Shown: positions 1 to 17,900 of the stretch, one piece after another
Position numbering within the stretch: position 1 is the stretch's first letter
How the letters are laid out: every line of letters starts with the position of its first letter
DNA from: the human T2T-CHM13v2.0 reference genome, Homo sapiens
Reading direction: 5' to 3' (one strand)
Assembly (NCBI RefSeq): GCF_009914755.1
Contig: NC_060939.1
DNA length: 64,000 nucleotides
Translations under genes and position numbers: made by a program
The notes under the pieces: model-generated
The model's input: only the letters and a program-made list of their open reading frames with translations
Told to the model about the DNA's origin: nothing
Database searches by the model: none

Positions 1-1291
1 GTATTGGCTCAAGTAACTCCGTAAGTGCACGAAGGCTAATAGACAAGTGTTCATGTAGTACTATTAATGATAGCAAACAATTGAAAGAGCTGTGTTAAGA
101 ACAGATATTCAGGCCAGACCAGCAGTATGACCTTGGACTAACTTAACCTCAGCGTCCTCATCTACAACATGGGGCTAACAGTAGCTACTTTACAGGTGTG
201 TTGTGAAGATTAATTGATTGACTAGATGGAAAGAATGTGCTTGGAATGGAGCCTGCGTGTAGTAAGTGCTATTATAAGTGCCTACTACTCCTGGTCTCAC
301 TGGTACGCTTTCTCAGTAGTTCTTGCTTCCATTGTATGTCCATACTCTGACACACAGTGGGGCTGTCAGGAAGAATGAGGTACCTGTTTAAGATACACAC
401 TTAGGGAAAAACATAAAAGTAAGAAGCAGGTGTAATCTGACTTCATACTAATAAAATAGTGGCAAACACTTTAAGTGCTTTATTTTTGGTAAGTGCTCTT
501 CTAAAAGCACTTCACATACACAACTCTCTCATCTACACACTGAGCCTCTGTGGTGGGTACTCTTCCTGTATTCCTGTTTTATATCTGATGGAGCAGAGGC
601 ATAAAAAGGTTAAATAACATTAGGGCAGGTGGTTTTGAAAATCGTTCTTAAAACAGTATATTCTTCATCTCCACAAGGAAATTATTTGCAATATTAAGTG
701 AGCTTTTTAAAAAGTGTTCTCCGCAGTAATATCCAGAATTTTCAATTGTGAAGTCTTACTTCCAGCAGTAATTACTAAATCTGTATTAAATTCCTTTACT
801 TCCTTTTCCCCAAATCTGACAGATGGCTGTATAAAAACTCTAAAACTATCTCAGATCAAGGATGTTCAAAGTCAAGTAATTGTGAGAGTTCCCTGTAATG
901 TAAGAGGCCTTGCAAAGATTCCAATACAAGGCAGTTTCATCCTTTTGAGGCCTAACTTGGGGAGGAAATGGAAGGAGTCATGTTGCCCTGTGCAGAGTCA
1001 TGCATGTGATCTGTGTTATGATAGCAAATGGCCAGTGTTAGTTACTCTTGGGGAAAGTAGTGGGATTGGATGAGGGCATTGGGGGAGGCCAGTGTAGCTT
1101 AAACCTTTTATTTAGTATGTGTCTGTATGGTTTTGAAATTTTTATATTATTTTTTAACTTAGAAATAAATGACTTAAATATTCCCTCAAAGGCAGTCATC
1201 TGTAGGGGCTTTAACAAATATTTGTAGTTTTTTAAATGTCAAAGAGATGGCTTCTTACTGAGATATTTTCCTGTGTGGTGATTTTGTTTAG

Positions 1292-1398
1292 AAATGGAGC
1301 ATCTACTGTTGTCACGGCTATATTCGGAGGCATTCTCCAAAATGAGGTTAACTGCCTCATATGTGGGACAGAATCTAGAAAGTTTGATCCATTCCTAG
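1292..1398 (+). CDS. USP3: USP3 internal coding exon (catalytic domain: NGASTVVTAIFGGILQNEVNCLICGTESRKFDPFL)
   Basis: tttag acceptor at 1290-1291, gtaag donor at 1399; USP 'IFGG..C-x2-C' finger segment; 107 nt, phase-compatible with next exon. Confidence 0.96.
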
Positions 1399-1568
1399 GT
1401 AAGATATATGTGGCATGTGGATATATAATATTTTATTAAAATAAATTTAATGTTTCCTTCAAAAAATAAGTGTAAAGAGAAATCTAGAAATACATCAGTT
1501 TGTGAAATTATTTTGAATGGACATATATGCCTTTAACAGCTCTCTGTTTACCTCTCTCTCCTTTTAAG

Positions 1569-1649
1569 ACCTTTCATTAGATATTCCAAGTCAGTTCAGA
1601 AGTAAGCGCTCTAAGAATCAAGAAAATGGACCAGTTTGTTCGTTACGAG
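1569..1649 (+). CDS. USP3: USP3 coding exon (DLSLDIPSQFRSKRSKNQENGPVCSLR)
   Basis: Polypyrimidine tract + aag acceptor, gtaaag donor at 1650; 81 nt; continues F-L-D-L-S-L-D-I-P USP motif. Confidence 0.95.
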
Positions 1650-2435
1650 GTAAAGATACTTGAATGTTCTAAAAATTTTTTTCTTTAAATAATTGAATAG
1701 ATTGATAAGCTTCATCTATATGTGGTATCTTTAATTAATATCTTTAATGAATCTGTGTTGTAACTTAACAAAAGTCAAACTTGAATGTCTTTTCCTACTC
1801 CCCAAAATGTTATTGAATAAGAATGTGTGCCATAAGATATTGTGTGAAGCATAAAATATTTCTCACCTTTTTCTTCTTTGTAATACTGACTTTAAAATAG
1901 AAGGTCTGTAGCAAAAGTTTTTCTGACCAAATGAAACAGAAGTTATTCTGTGGTTATCCCACTAGCATCTATAGGAAGAAAGAATACTCAGCAGAGTTTT
2001 ATAAATTATAGTATTACGTATTCTGTTGCCTAATAGTTTGAGAAATCTATGGATGATACAACTGCTGCTTAAGCCTGAGGCCCTGCTTTTAAGACTGTTA
2101 AAATTCACATGTATTTAGGGAGATTTGAACATATTTTTTGCTTGATGAGTACTAGCTACTGTAATCAAGGCAGAAGACCTTATTTAAAATTTTATCCTAG
2201 ACCATAAGTGTACAGACAGGTCACAATTAAAATGACTAATTGTTCTTGCTAGTTATATAAAGAAGCTAGGATAGACCAAAGAGGCCGAGTCTGTATTTTA
2301 TCAGAAACTCTACACTGAAGCTAACAGTTTCTACTCTGATTTGTATGTTCACTAAAAGTAATGCTCTTTTCTCTTCTCTATTTTAGGGAGTATTGTCATG
2401 ATGGTTTTTTTTTTTTTTTTTTTTACAAAACAAAC

Positions 2436-2585
2436 TGCACTGTCCAATATGATAACCACGAGTCATGTAGCTATTAAAATTAAATTAATTAAAATTTAAA
2501 ATTCTGTTGCTTAATCACACTTGAACCACATGTGCTCAGGAACCACATGTGGCTAGTAGGGGGCTCCTGCATTAGACAGCACTAC
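2436..2585. mobile_element. MER3/MER33-like hAT-Charlie MITE
   Basis: gcactgtccaata...ccacatgtggctagt...attagacagcac; similar copies at ~20200-20320 and ~44017-44165. Confidence 0.65.
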
Positions 2586-3123
2586 CCTAGGATCAGATTA
2601 TCCTAGTAGAAATAAAGCTTTTGTTGGAGAAGGGCTAGGCTTCTCTGTGCTACTGGCATTCTATGTAATGTGAGGCATTTGGCTTATTAGAAGCAGCAGA
2701 GGTCTCAGACACTTGTAGCACTGTTGCTCAGGTCGTTTCTAGAAATCTGTCAGATGATATGTGGGATGACTAGACTACACTCCAGTAAGGAACCAGAGCA
2801 ACTCTGTATATGAAACATTTTGTAGATGCTCTTAGTTTGTTCCTTACCTACACAACCAGTGTTGATTGTCTCCTTAACAGGAATACAGAAGAAAAAGCCC
2901 CACTCCACTTCTCTGCAAAATATATGGCTCTAGTATGTGTCTCCAAAACTGTTTTTGGCCTGTTTGAGATTAAGAAAATATCACAGTATGCTTGATATTG
3001 TCAAATGTCACACATTTTCTCTTTATATCTAGGGCATGTGAGTACATGCTAACTTAACCATAAATATCTGAATATCTGGTTATTTACAGTGGAAGTCAGT
3101 GAGAATTAAATTAAAGGAATTAG

Positions 3124-3530
<407 letters not shown>

Positions 3531-4588
3531 TGAACAGTACTTTCTGATGTTTAACAAAACTTAGTAAATCCAGATGATCTTTGGCTAGAAGACTCAGAGA
3601 CACTAGTTTGTTTAGGCTTCTTTCCTTGCTTCCTTCCTTTTTTCTATGTTGTTTCCCTCATTCTGAGTTGGTTCTATATGTAGTTCTTATTGACTTTCAT
3701 AACATTTCAGTTACGACTTATCCCAGAATAGTTTAATATCAAGCAGAGTCTCACTTCTCGAGCCCATCCAGGAGGAGAGTGCATGACACAGCTTATAGAT
3801 GGCTGATTTTTCCCCAAACAAGAAAAGTGGCAAGTGGCATCTGCCTTGCATCCCACGGAGTATTTTTCTTGGCACAGAATCCTTGAAATCTGATGTGACT
3901 GGTATTAGCTTCAGGGGGCCCAGACCATCCCAAGTAGTTTAGGGTTTGGCTGGAAACATGTTTCCTGTATTCTCAGCTGGCTTTCGTTTGAATCCTCAGG
4001 CTTGATTTTTATTTAAGAGCTTATTGTCGGCTTTAAAAAGTCGATGACAGGGTCTGGTACCTCCTCACTGTGTTTTTGTTGACCACCCTTATCATTAAGG
4101 GCACTTCTCTTCTTGGACATCCAGAATGTCATGGACTTCAGTTGACTGATACACCTTTCTTTATTTACTGGAGATGGAGACTTGTGATTACCTAGTATGT
4201 CTTCTACGTGCTTTGAGTCCACCTGGCAAGAACTACTTGTGTACTTTTTGGATTTGTAATTGTTAAGCTTAGTTTTCCTTTAGAAAGGAAAAGTGATGGT
4301 GAGAAAGACCCATCTTAAATAACTTAAGTAACTTTTGAAATTAACTAAAAATACGCATATTGCAAAAGGCATTAAATAACCCCAGTTCTAAAACCTGACA
4401 GATACCATGAAAAAGAAAATGTAGTTTGATCTCACTTATATTATAGATCGAAGAATCCTAAATAAAGTATTAGCAAATACAACTCAGCAGTGTACTAAAA
4501 CAATAATATTCAGAGATCAAATAGGACTGATTTAATACTAGAAATATAATTAGGTGAAAACAAATCAAAATGCCCTAATAGGCCAAAT

Positions 4589-5188
4589 GCCTAGGCACAG
4601 TGGCTTATGCCTGTAGTCCCAGCACTTTGGAAGGCTAAGGTGGGAGCATTGCTTGACCCCAGGAGTTTGAGACCAGCCTGGGCAACATAGTGAGACCCTG
4701 TCTGTACAAAGAAAAGAAGGCCGGGCGTGGTGGCTCACGCCTGTAATCCCAGCACTGTGGGAGGCCAAGGCAGGCGGATCATGAGGTCAGATCGAGACCA
4801 TCCTGGCCAACATGGTGAAACCCCGTCTCTACTAAAAATACAAAAATTAGCTGGGCATGGTGGGGAGTACCTGTAACCCCAGCTATTTGGGAGGCTGACC
4901 CAGGAGAATAGCTTGAACCAGGGAGTCAGAGGTTGCAGTGAGCTGAAATCGTGCAACCGCACTCCAGCCTGGTGACAGAGCGAGACTCCGTCTCAAAATA
5001 AATAAATAAAATAATAAGAAAAATTAACTGGGCATGGTGGTATATGCCTATAATCCCAGCTTCTTGGGAGGCTTAGGCAAGGAGGATCACTTGAGCCCAG
5101 GAGTTGGAGGCTGCATTGAGCCTGCACTGCTCCTGTACTCTAGGCCTGGGTGAGAGAGTGAGACCCTGCCTCAAAAAAAAAAAAAAAA
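4589..5188 (+). mobile_element. AluJ-like element split by a nested AluSc-like element (4719-5015)
   Basis: Left arm 4589-4718, complete inner Alu with (AAAT)n tail, right arm 5016-5188; aagaaaa on both sides of the insert. Confidence 0.88.
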
Positions 5189-5245
5189 GTCCAAATAGAT
5201 ACTGATAAAATCCCAAATATATTACTGATTAAAAGGAGAAGAAAG

Positions 5246-5535
5246 GGGTGGGTGCAGTGTAGTCCCAGCACTTTGGGAGGCCAAGACGGGCAGATCACTT
5301 GAGGCTAGGAGTTCGAGACCAGCCCTGGCCAACATGGAGAAACCCCATCTCTACTAAAAATACAAAAATTAGCCAGGTACGGTGGCATGTGCCTGTAGTC
5401 CCAGCTCCTCGGGAGGCCAAGGCAGAATAATGGCTTGAACCGGGGAGGGAGGTTGCAGTGAGCCGAGATCGTGCCACTGCACTCCAGCCTGGACAACACA
5501 GTGACACTCTGTCTCAAAAACAAAGAGAAGAAAAA
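5246..5535 (+). mobile_element. Alu (AluS-like, small 5' deletion)
   Basis: Alu consensus match. Confidence 0.9.
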
Positions 5536-5564
5536 ACTTTTATTAGGAATAGAAATGTTAACTT

Positions 5565-5909
<345 letters not shown>

Positions 5910-7879
5910 TCATTAAAAGCTATCAGTGATCATCATAGTTAATGGTGAAGCACTGATGATTTTCCAGTAAGGCCAGGAATAAGCCAGGAGGCCTACTGAA
6001 ATATTGCTCAGATGTCTTCTGGAGGAACAAGGCAATAAACTAGGAAAAGAAATAAGAATAAATTATAGAATGACCAAATTATTAACATTTGCAGGCAGAT
6101 TGATTATATACCTAGAACATTTCAGGATAATCAGTTGGAAAATTACGAGAAATATTAACAACTATTGCCATGGAGAGTGAGACTAGGCAGGAGGACACCT
6201 GCTTTTCTAGAAGCCCTCAATTTTTAAAAAATCAAACACAAGTAATACTTTGATAAATATATTATAAACATGGAGCTAAAAAGTTCAGGCAAAAAGCCAG
6301 CTGGCTTTCTGTATGTAGCAAAATAATCTATTCATAGTAGCAATAAAAACTCAAAAGTACTTAATAAATTTAATAAGGAATATGCAATACTTTAATAAAA
6401 CATTATAAAAGGACAGATAAAGCCTGAATAAAAAGAGCCACATCATATTCTTGGATGGGAAGACCCAATATGGTAGAAATGTCCATTTTCTCCCAAATTA
6501 CTCCCTACATTTATTCTGATTTATTCAAAAATTCCTCTGTACGCAGAAATTCTCAAGAAGAGCTAAAGAAGTTTCTAAAATGAAAGTAAGGTAGAAACAT
6601 AGCAGTGGGATAGGAAATGTCCTAGAACTACTAATATAGAGCAGGTGCTAATGTAAAATATTTATGCAAATTTACAATATGCCAAAGAATGTCAAATCAG
6701 TGGGACGAATAAGAAATTAGGCAATAAATGGTGTTAGTGTAAATGAAAATTAATTTGGGAAAACATTAATTTCCTCCCTGCCTCATATCCTTTCCCTGAT
6801 TAATTTGAGGTTTCAATATTTAAATGTGAAACATAAAACCACAGGACACTATAGGAAAGCATCTTTATTATGATCTTGTCATAGGGGAGAGCTTTCTAAG
6901 CCAGAACCTATAATGGGAAACGTTTCATAAATTTAATTGAGCAATGGTAAAAGACCATAAACAAAGTGGAAAAGAGATGATAAACTTGAGACAAATATTT
7001 GGACATATATGAAAAAGGTGACTTGGGCAGAGTACATGAGTAAGATATAAATGATCATTATAACATCTAAAAAGTGTTAATCCTCACTTATATTCAAGAA
7101 AATGTAAGTAAAACAAGATTGGTGAAAAGGGTAAAGATGGATGTCAGTGGAAGAGGACACTCGTGTTGTTGTTATAAGTCTAAATTGGCATGGTTGTTTT
7201 TGGAGGTAGTGATCACCATTTTTAATAGGCATTTCCTTAGACATACTAATTTCACTTACAAGGGTGGACAATAGTATGTGTAAAAGATTTTAAACACTTT
7301 GTTATTGAAAAAAATCAAACAATTTAAATGTCCACCAGTAGGGCACTGGTTTAATAAATTGCATTATGTGGCAATTAAGAAAGATAAAGTTGACCAGTAA
7401 CTATGCCATAGAAACATAGCTACAAAATATTGTGTAGTAAAAAACTGTCCATGGAAATATGTGTGTGGAATAATTCCATTTGTGTAAGATAAAAAACATT
7501 TATATGAGTGTTAAAATTCTTAAACAGCATACACTGTGCTGTTCACAGTGATTATCTCAGGGAAGTGGGATTCAGGAGGGAAATGGAACTATGAATTATT
7601 TTTTTCATTTGTTTTAACCGATGTGTGTCACCTTTATAATACCTATTTGGGGGATAGTAAAAAATGCATATTAACTTAATGTATACTTCCAAACTACTGC
7701 TTTGCTAAATTAAATTTATATAGTATATAAAGTTGACCTAATAACTAACTTCAACAAACCAGCTTTATTTCCTGCTTTCCATAGAGATGCTGTTTTAACA
7801 GTTTATATCATGTGGAAGACTGACGGTTGTGAAATACATGCCCTGAAATCTTTGAGAATCTTAAGAGTTTCAGAAAGTG

Positions 7880-7883
<4 letters not shown>

Positions 7884-7918
<35 letters not shown>

Positions 7919-7980
7919 TATATAATATAATATATATGCATATATACTTATTATTTTAATATTTATATAAATATATATTT
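7884..7980. repeat. (AT)n microsatellite and AT-rich low-complexity tract
   Basis: ~16 perfect AT units at 7884-7915, then degenerate. Confidence 0.95.
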
Positions 7981-8002
7981 TTTCTTTTAGGAAATGCAGT
8001 AA

Positions 8003-8383
<381 letters not shown>

Positions 8384-8594
8384 TAATTCACTTCCACATG
8401 TGAGCTCTGAGGTGAAATTCACACTCATGCTGCTGCAAAATATTAAACTGAGGTACATTTCAGGGTCATTCAGGCTTTTCAAATAGTTAAAATAGCAGTT
8501 GCCAAATCTGTGAATGTTAAGGGTATGTTGTATCTAGATAGTCTTCCCCTTAAAGAAATATATTTCCATGTGTTTATATGTATGTTTGTGTTGG

Positions 8595-8598
<4 letters not shown>

Positions 8599-8640
<42 letters not shown>
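8599..8640. repeat. (TG)21 microsatellite
   Basis: Perfect dinucleotide run at an Alu tail. Confidence 0.95.
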
Positions 8641-8643
<3 letters not shown>

Positions 8644-9223
8644 AGATGGAGTCTTGCTCTGTTGCCCAGGCTAGAGTGCAGCGGTGCAATCTTGGCTCAG
8701 TGCAACCTCTGCCTCCGGGTTCAAGCGATTCTTCTGCCTAAGCCTCCTGAGTAGCTGGGACTACAGGTGTGCAGCCACCACACCCGGCTAATTTTTTTTT
8801 TTTTTTTTTTTTGTATTTTTGGTATAGACAGGGTTTCACCATATTGGTCTGGTCTCAAACTCCTGACCTCATGATCCACCCGCCTCGGCCTCCCAAAGTG
8901 CTGGGATTACAGGTGTGAGCCACTGTGCCCGGCCCATATGTTTGTTTTTTAAAAGACAGGGTCTCACTCTGTTGCCCAGGCTAGAGTGCAGTGGTGGGAT
9001 CATGGCTCACTGCAGCTTCAACCTCTTAGTCTGAGGTGATCCTCCCACCTCAGTCTCCTGGGACTACAGGCACATGCTGCAATGCTTGTGTTTTTTGTAT
9101 TTTTTGTAGACACAGGGTTTCACCCTTTTGCCCAGGCTGGTCTTGAATTCCTAGGCTCAAATGATCCTCCACCTCAGCCTCCCAAAGTGCTGGGATTACA
9201 GGCGTGAGCCACTATGCCTGGCC
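8641..9223 (-). mobile_element. Tandem Alus: AluS-like (8641-8934) followed by AluJ-like (8940-9223)
   Basis: Two consecutive Alu dimers; tail of the first is a (TG)n microsatellite. Confidence 0.9.
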
Positions 9224-10566
9224 TGTATGTTTTAATAATGGTTTTCTTTATACATATGTTTATTGAAGAATTTGGAGAAAACTCAAAAAAGTAAAAAGAG
9301 GAACATATACATCCCTTATAAGCTTATCATTCAGACATACTGTAGTTCAGAAATTTTATGTTTAGAAACTGTGATTTAAAAGTTGATTTTTAGGGCCGGG
9401 TATGGTGGCTCATGTCTGTGATCCCAGCACTCTGGGAGGCTAAGGATTACAAATAGGCATTAGGTTTCTGGGGATGCTCAGGTAACTTTTTAAAACCCAT
9501 GAAGAGATGACAGTGGTAGTGGAGATTGTTCTCTACTAATCCAACTAGGGTTTACTATAATAGCACTTTCTTAGGGGAACTCCCCAGGAGGCCCTACTGG
9601 GCACACCAGTCTCCTTACCTTCTGCTTTGGCTGTGATCCTGAGGATGTCCCCACCTCTTGGCAGGCAGTACCAAAAGGGAGAACAGAGAGGGGTTCTCAA
9701 GGCAGTTAGGGCCACCATTTTTTAAACTGAGGGTTTGAAAAACCAGGCTCAGCTTATATTGCCTCTTTATGAATCATCTTATGGGCCTGACCTGATCATG
9801 TCTATTCCTTTTTGGTATCTCATGTGGTCTTAGAAGAAAAGGACTAACTTTCCATTATCTTGTGCATAAATCAGCAGGGAGACCACTACATGGTCACCTT
9901 GTAAGTTTAAGCAACTCAAAAAGGCAGGGAGGAAGAAAATGTTGGAAAGCAAGAAGATGCTGGAAGATGCTGGGAGAAGGCATAAAGAGCCTCCTTTGCA
10001 TTGGAGAGAAGATGAGGACAGGAAGGAAGGCTGCGAGAGGTGCTTTGGTTTCAGAAAAGGAGCAGGGTGATGGCAGGGGCTTTGCCTGGCAGGTAGAAGG
10101 AACAAGAGAGCAGTCTAGTATTTATGTGCATTTCACATAAATGCAGATGAGTTACTGTGAAATGTTGATAGATTCTTTCAGTAATCTCAGTGCTCCTCAG
10201 GGTATCAAATTCCTGAAATTAAAGCTTCTAAACAGTTACTAAAGGAGATTTAGAATACCACCTGCCAACTCAGTAGTAGCCCTCTGAATGACCCCATGCT
10301 TCCACACACGGGGAGACCCCTTCAGAAAGTGGGTCTGTACAGGTTAAATATAGGGGGGGGAAAAAGGCTTCTCTGCTGTTGAGGCATTTCTGCTTCTCAG
10401 TGTTGTGTGGCTAGGTAGCACGGGCAACAATGTCTTGCTGGTGAATCATAAACCATCTGGCTAATGGGATGGAGAGGCTGGAGTGACAGTATTTCAGAGT
10501 CATACTCTCCCTGCCTTCTTATTTGCCTGTGAAAGTTTCAAGCAGACATTGTCAATTAAAAAAAAT

Positions 10567-10704
10567 GAGCTAGGCACAGTGTGGCTCATGCCTGTAATCT
10601 CAGCTACTGGGGAGGATTGCTTGAGCCCAGGAGTTTGAGGCTTCAGTGAGCTATTTTATACTCCAGCCTGCATGACAGAGGAAGAAGACCTTGTCTCTTA
10701 AAAC
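10567..10704 (+). mobile_element. Alu monomer (FAM/FRAM-like)
   Basis: Single-arm Alu sequence. Confidence 0.75.
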
Positions 10705-10714
10705 AATTTTTTAA

Positions 10715-13600
<2,886 letters not shown>

Positions 13601-14620
13601 TGTTCAAATGATGATTTTAAATGTGGAAAATTCTGTGTTTCCTTTCCTTATTTCTTATTCTCCCTATGACCCCCGCTGTCCCCGCCAAGGCCATAGCTTT
13701 TTACATGATGTAACAAATACTTGCTGAAGAAACCACCCATGACTTCAGCTGCAGAGCTCACAAGCACCATAGTGATCAGTCTGAAGGGATTATTAGTGCC
13801 AGCCAGCCAGTCTGCTGTGTAGTCAGTGCTCTTTCTTTGTAGCCAGAGATGTAGGACTTGGGAGGCTCCTGAGAACAGCATCACTCTATTTGCAAGTTTG
13901 GTTGTAATGTCTGAGACTTGCTTCAGGAAATGTAATGTCAAAATATAATACATCCTTTCCCAGGAACCATCATTGACATAAAATAGCAGGTTGAGCAGGT
14001 TGGCAATGTAGTATTTGTGGGAAATTGAGGAAAGAATGGTTAACTGTCCACTGGAGGTTGAGAAAGTCTCAAAGAAGTGAGAATTGAATTGAGTTGCAGG
14101 GAGGCGAGAATTGAGTTGTAGGGAGGCAGGCATAGGAATGTGCCTTCTAGGTACTAGGATCAGGCAACAAAGGCATATTCAAGACTGTCTAGTCCTCTGC
14201 CACACCTTGCCTCCACTAACTTTCCCTGAAGGGGCGCTGTCTGCTACTGTCGCGGACACAAAGGCTGACTATGGCCTGGAAACTTGAGTACAGAGACAAG
14301 AGCGCTTTTCTGTACACAGCTAGGTTTCTGCTTGCTACCCAACTTTAATATATTATTTAAAGATACATACATGTTCTATAAAGACAAATGACATAAAAGT
14401 CAGGATAATGGCTACTTCTGGGCAGAGGAAGGGGAATTATCTTTGGTAAGAAGCACATGGCCACACAGGTTGTCCACTGCACAACTCTAGGAGAGGCCGT
14501 GCACAGAGACCCTGGCTCCTTGAGTACTCGAGAAAATCCAAGTGTGGGGTCCATAGGCATTCATATTTTTTCTACAGAATAACGTGTATTTTATATAGAT
14601 TTATGAATATCTGATTGCAT

Positions 14621-15025
14621 CAGGAATTGGCACAGGGGCCAAAGAGTAAATACAGTAAGTCTTCATTTAATGTCATCAGTAGGTTCTTGGAAACTGCAAG
14701 TTTAAAGCAAAATGACATACAGCAGGTCCTCCAATAATAGTTTCCTTTAACGTTTAGTTATAACATTGATGAGAAAAAAGTGGTTTATCGTTGCTTCACA
14801 TAAGGTCACAATTTTCAAGAACCTGTCATGATATTAAGTGAAGATTTACAGTGTTTTAGGCTTTGCACCACATAAGGTCTCTGCCCCAGTGACTCAGTTT
14901 GGTGTAGTGTAAAAGCAGCCAGACAATAATGTAAACAAGTGGGCATGGCTCTGTTCCAATGAAACTTTATTTACAAAACCAGGTGGCTGGCTGGATGTTT
15001 TAGGACTGTAGTTTACTAAACCCCA
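14621..15025. mobile_element. MER58A-like hAT element with nested MER6B/C-like Tigger MITE (14653-14851)
   Basis: MER58 signature (aaagcagccagacaat, aaactttatttacaaaa); inner element has long imperfect TIRs cagtaagtcttcatttaa / ttaagtgaagatttacag inserted after TA. Confidence 0.72.
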
Positions 15026-15544
15026 GGTTACACAATTACATCTTTAAATGAAAAAAAATGTAGCTGTGATTTATCTAGGAACTGAGAGTACAGCGTCTGG
15101 ACAGAGAAGGTTGATAGTGTAGCCTTCTGTGATCTATGTTTATTTTTAAATTATCTAAATTTGACTTTTTTTTATGAGTTTGGAGCTTTGTCCTGTATAA
15201 TGTAACATATTGACAGAAAACTACAATTGAAACTTTAAATTCATCAGGAAACCATTTTATCAGAATTATCCAGATGAATTATCATTAATAGTAAAACCAA
15301 CACAATTGATCATCACCAGATGTCAGGCATGATGCCAGGTGCTCTACACATTATTTCTCTTCCTTATAATAGTTCTTCAAAGTAGGTATTATTTTTTGTC
15401 TCCAGTTTGCAATTGAGAAAGGTTAACTTTTCTAAGGTCGTATAGCTAATAAAGCTGAGATTTTAAACCTGGGTCTTTTTTCTACAGTACATTGCCTCTA
15501 CAAAAGGCATCTTGTTTTAATGCTGCCAAAATCAATTTGTTTAG

Positions 15545-15663
15545 ATTGTCTTCGCAGTTTTACCGACTTAGAAGAACTTGATGAGACAGAGTTATATATG
15601 TGCCATAAATGCAAAAAGAAACAAAAGTCCACAAAAAAGTTTTGGATTCAAAAACTACCCAAG
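15545..15663 (+). CDS. USP3: USP3 coding exon (DCLRSFTDLEELDETELYMCHKCKKKQKSTKKFWIQKLPK)
   Basis: ttag acceptor, gtgagt donor; 119 nt; second C-x2-C of the finger Zn site. Confidence 0.96.
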
Positions 15664-15941
15664 GTGAGTGTTGAATTTTGAGTTATGAAGCAATTTCAAT
15701 GGGAAAGTGCTTGACTGCTAAGACCATGTCTATAACTTTACACTATGTGAACTGTTCTGTATTTTTCTCTAGGATTTTCAGTAAAAGCTAAACCCCTTAC
15801 AGAATGAATGCATAAGGTATGCATGGAAGAATGATTGATAGGGCAGCTAAAATGTTATTTACTGAACTGATAGTAGTATCAAACTTTGACTGAAAGGTAA
15901 ATTAGGTGTTCACAATCTTTGACCGCATCTCTGTCCTCCAG

Positions 15942-16055
15942 GTGCTATGCTTACATTTGAAAAGATTTCATTGGACAGCATATTTAAGAAATAAAGTTGA
16001 TACATACGTAGAATTTCCACTGAGAGGCCTAGACATGAAATGCTACTTACTAGAG
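15942..16055 (+). CDS. USP3: USP3 coding exon ([38 protein letters not shown])
   Basis: ctccag acceptor, gtaagg donor; 114 nt; LxxHLKRF motif. Confidence 0.97.
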
Positions 16056-16183
16056 GTAAGGTGGTTACCTTTTTAGCATGGTGAAAAAATGGCTCTTCAG
16101 TAAGATTGTCATCACATGGAGAGGGTAGAGGTCATCGAGATACTGATGTCATTGACCACTGCTCCTTCTTCCTTGTTCTGTAG

Positions 16184-16251
16184 CCTGAGAACAGTGGCCC
16201 GGAGAGCTGCCTGTATGACCTCGCCGCTGTGGTGGTGCACCATGGTTCCGG
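16184..16251 (+). CDS. USP3: USP3 coding exon (PENSGPESCLYDLAAVVVHHGSG)
   Basis: ctgtag acceptor, gtgagt donor; 68 nt; start of His box (YDLxAVVxHxG). Confidence 0.96.
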
Positions 16252-17900
16252 GTGAGTACAACAGCCAGCTTCTGGTGGGTGGGAATACCTGGTGGCCAGC
16301 CCAATGACCTGCAGTTTTGTACCACTCTTGCTAGTTCTTCCTAAAAAATGGATTCAGATAAAGTAGGTGAAATTTCCTTCAGTTTTGGTGCGGAAGAGTA
16401 CTCCTCAGATGATGTTGTGAAGGCTTAAGGGAAGGTAAATAAAAGTGAAATGAAGAATGGTTCATTTGAACCCAGTATTTACGACCCAGTCTTTATTTGT
16501 CCACAAACTCCAAAGTTGCTTATTCGTTTACCAACTGAAATTTAAATGGGGCAAAAGGGGAAATTACTTGGAATAACTTACTCCATATCATCTACTTTAA
16601 AGACTCATTTTAAGTCTTGTTAAAAAACATTAATTTTTTCCCCTGAAAGTTTGTATGAGGGGTCTAACCTTCTGGTTTTTGGTTTGAGAGTGGCTATTTT
16701 ACCTTCAAACTTAAGACTACTATATGTGGGCAGACGACTATCCATGTTGAAAATCCTTTTCCCGCAGAGCTGTGATAAAGTAACGTCTACACTCACATAG
16801 TGTTATGAATGACAAGTCTGATTCTCACTACTTTACAGGCACCTGGCTTTTTTCTCCTTGGAGTGTATTCCTGCTTGGTAGTTGGTAGGGACACTTTTAA
16901 TTTGGTGCCTTCAGCTCATGAAACTCTCTATACTGTAGGTCTGAAATCATTTGTTCTCTGTACCCCTATTACATGCATAGTGAATTTCCTGGATCTCCCT
17001 TCCACATGTCTTAAATACTCTAATGATTTCTGTCTGTGTTTCTAAAGACTGCCATGGCCTACTTTTCCAAATCACCAATTTGGGTTTCATCTGTATCCAA
17101 ATAAAAGATAAGCTCCTCCATAAAATATTTATATTAAATCAGTCACATTTTTCTGACAACTTTTTCGTAACAGCCTATTCTTGTTTTATGATTGCACTAT
17201 CTTTTTGAAACTATTAGCACTAATTTAAAAATGTAAAGTTCTCTTAGGTTTTCTGCATTCAATTCCTCAGGGTTGATTGCCTTGCTTGTTCTTCCCGGTA
17301 TTTCTTTCCCCTCAAAAATGTGATTTTGTAGGCGTGCAAAAGGCTTGTTTTTAAAATTTGGTTTTGGTGGTTTATTTGGAATCATAGTAAATGATGAGAT
17401 GGATCTTTATTATTTAAATAGGGTTTTCCTGGCACCTACAAAGGTCTGTTCTAGCTGCAGGCCTTCCGTCTGACTTGGAGGACTGACTCCAGGGTTGTGT
17501 GTGTGAGTGGGTGGGTCATGCTGATAGGGTAGAGCCCCTGATGACCACGGTGTCAGGGAAGGGTGCCCTTCTTTGTTAAGCTTAGTTTTTTCCTAAGATT
17601 CTGATGGGAAAACCTGGTACCTAGTTTTCCATGTTTCCGTAGGCTTTGACCTGTGCTTGTTAGGTTGCGAGTTCCTCATCTCTGTTTTCTCCATTAGTCC
17701 AGGGCCATCTGCTTTGTGTTCTAGCAAACCCTCGATTTCTGGTCAGTTTGGAGGAAGGTAAAAACATTAATTTAACAAGCATCTTAAATCAAAAGTCTAG
17801 GATGTATTCTTATTAAAATTTAAATCTAACATTATATAGTTGTACAGGTCTTTTTGTGATTTCTGAGGTTCTTTTTTCCTTTGGTCTTTTGCCTTTACAG

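Noticed and set aside
714-1073. 119-aa ORF upstream of the first USP3 exon in the window
   Set aside because: Non-ATG start, no USP motifs, not needed for the exon chain
14086-14129. 22-bp tandem duplication gaattgagttg(c/t)agggaggc; similar small duplications at ~42403-42430 and ~62995-63022
   Set aside because: Two or three adjacent copies with no spacers: ordinary slippage, not a CRISPR-like array
13648-14133. 161-aa minus-strand ORF in the USP3 intron
   Set aside because: No recognisable homology or exon structure; likely chance
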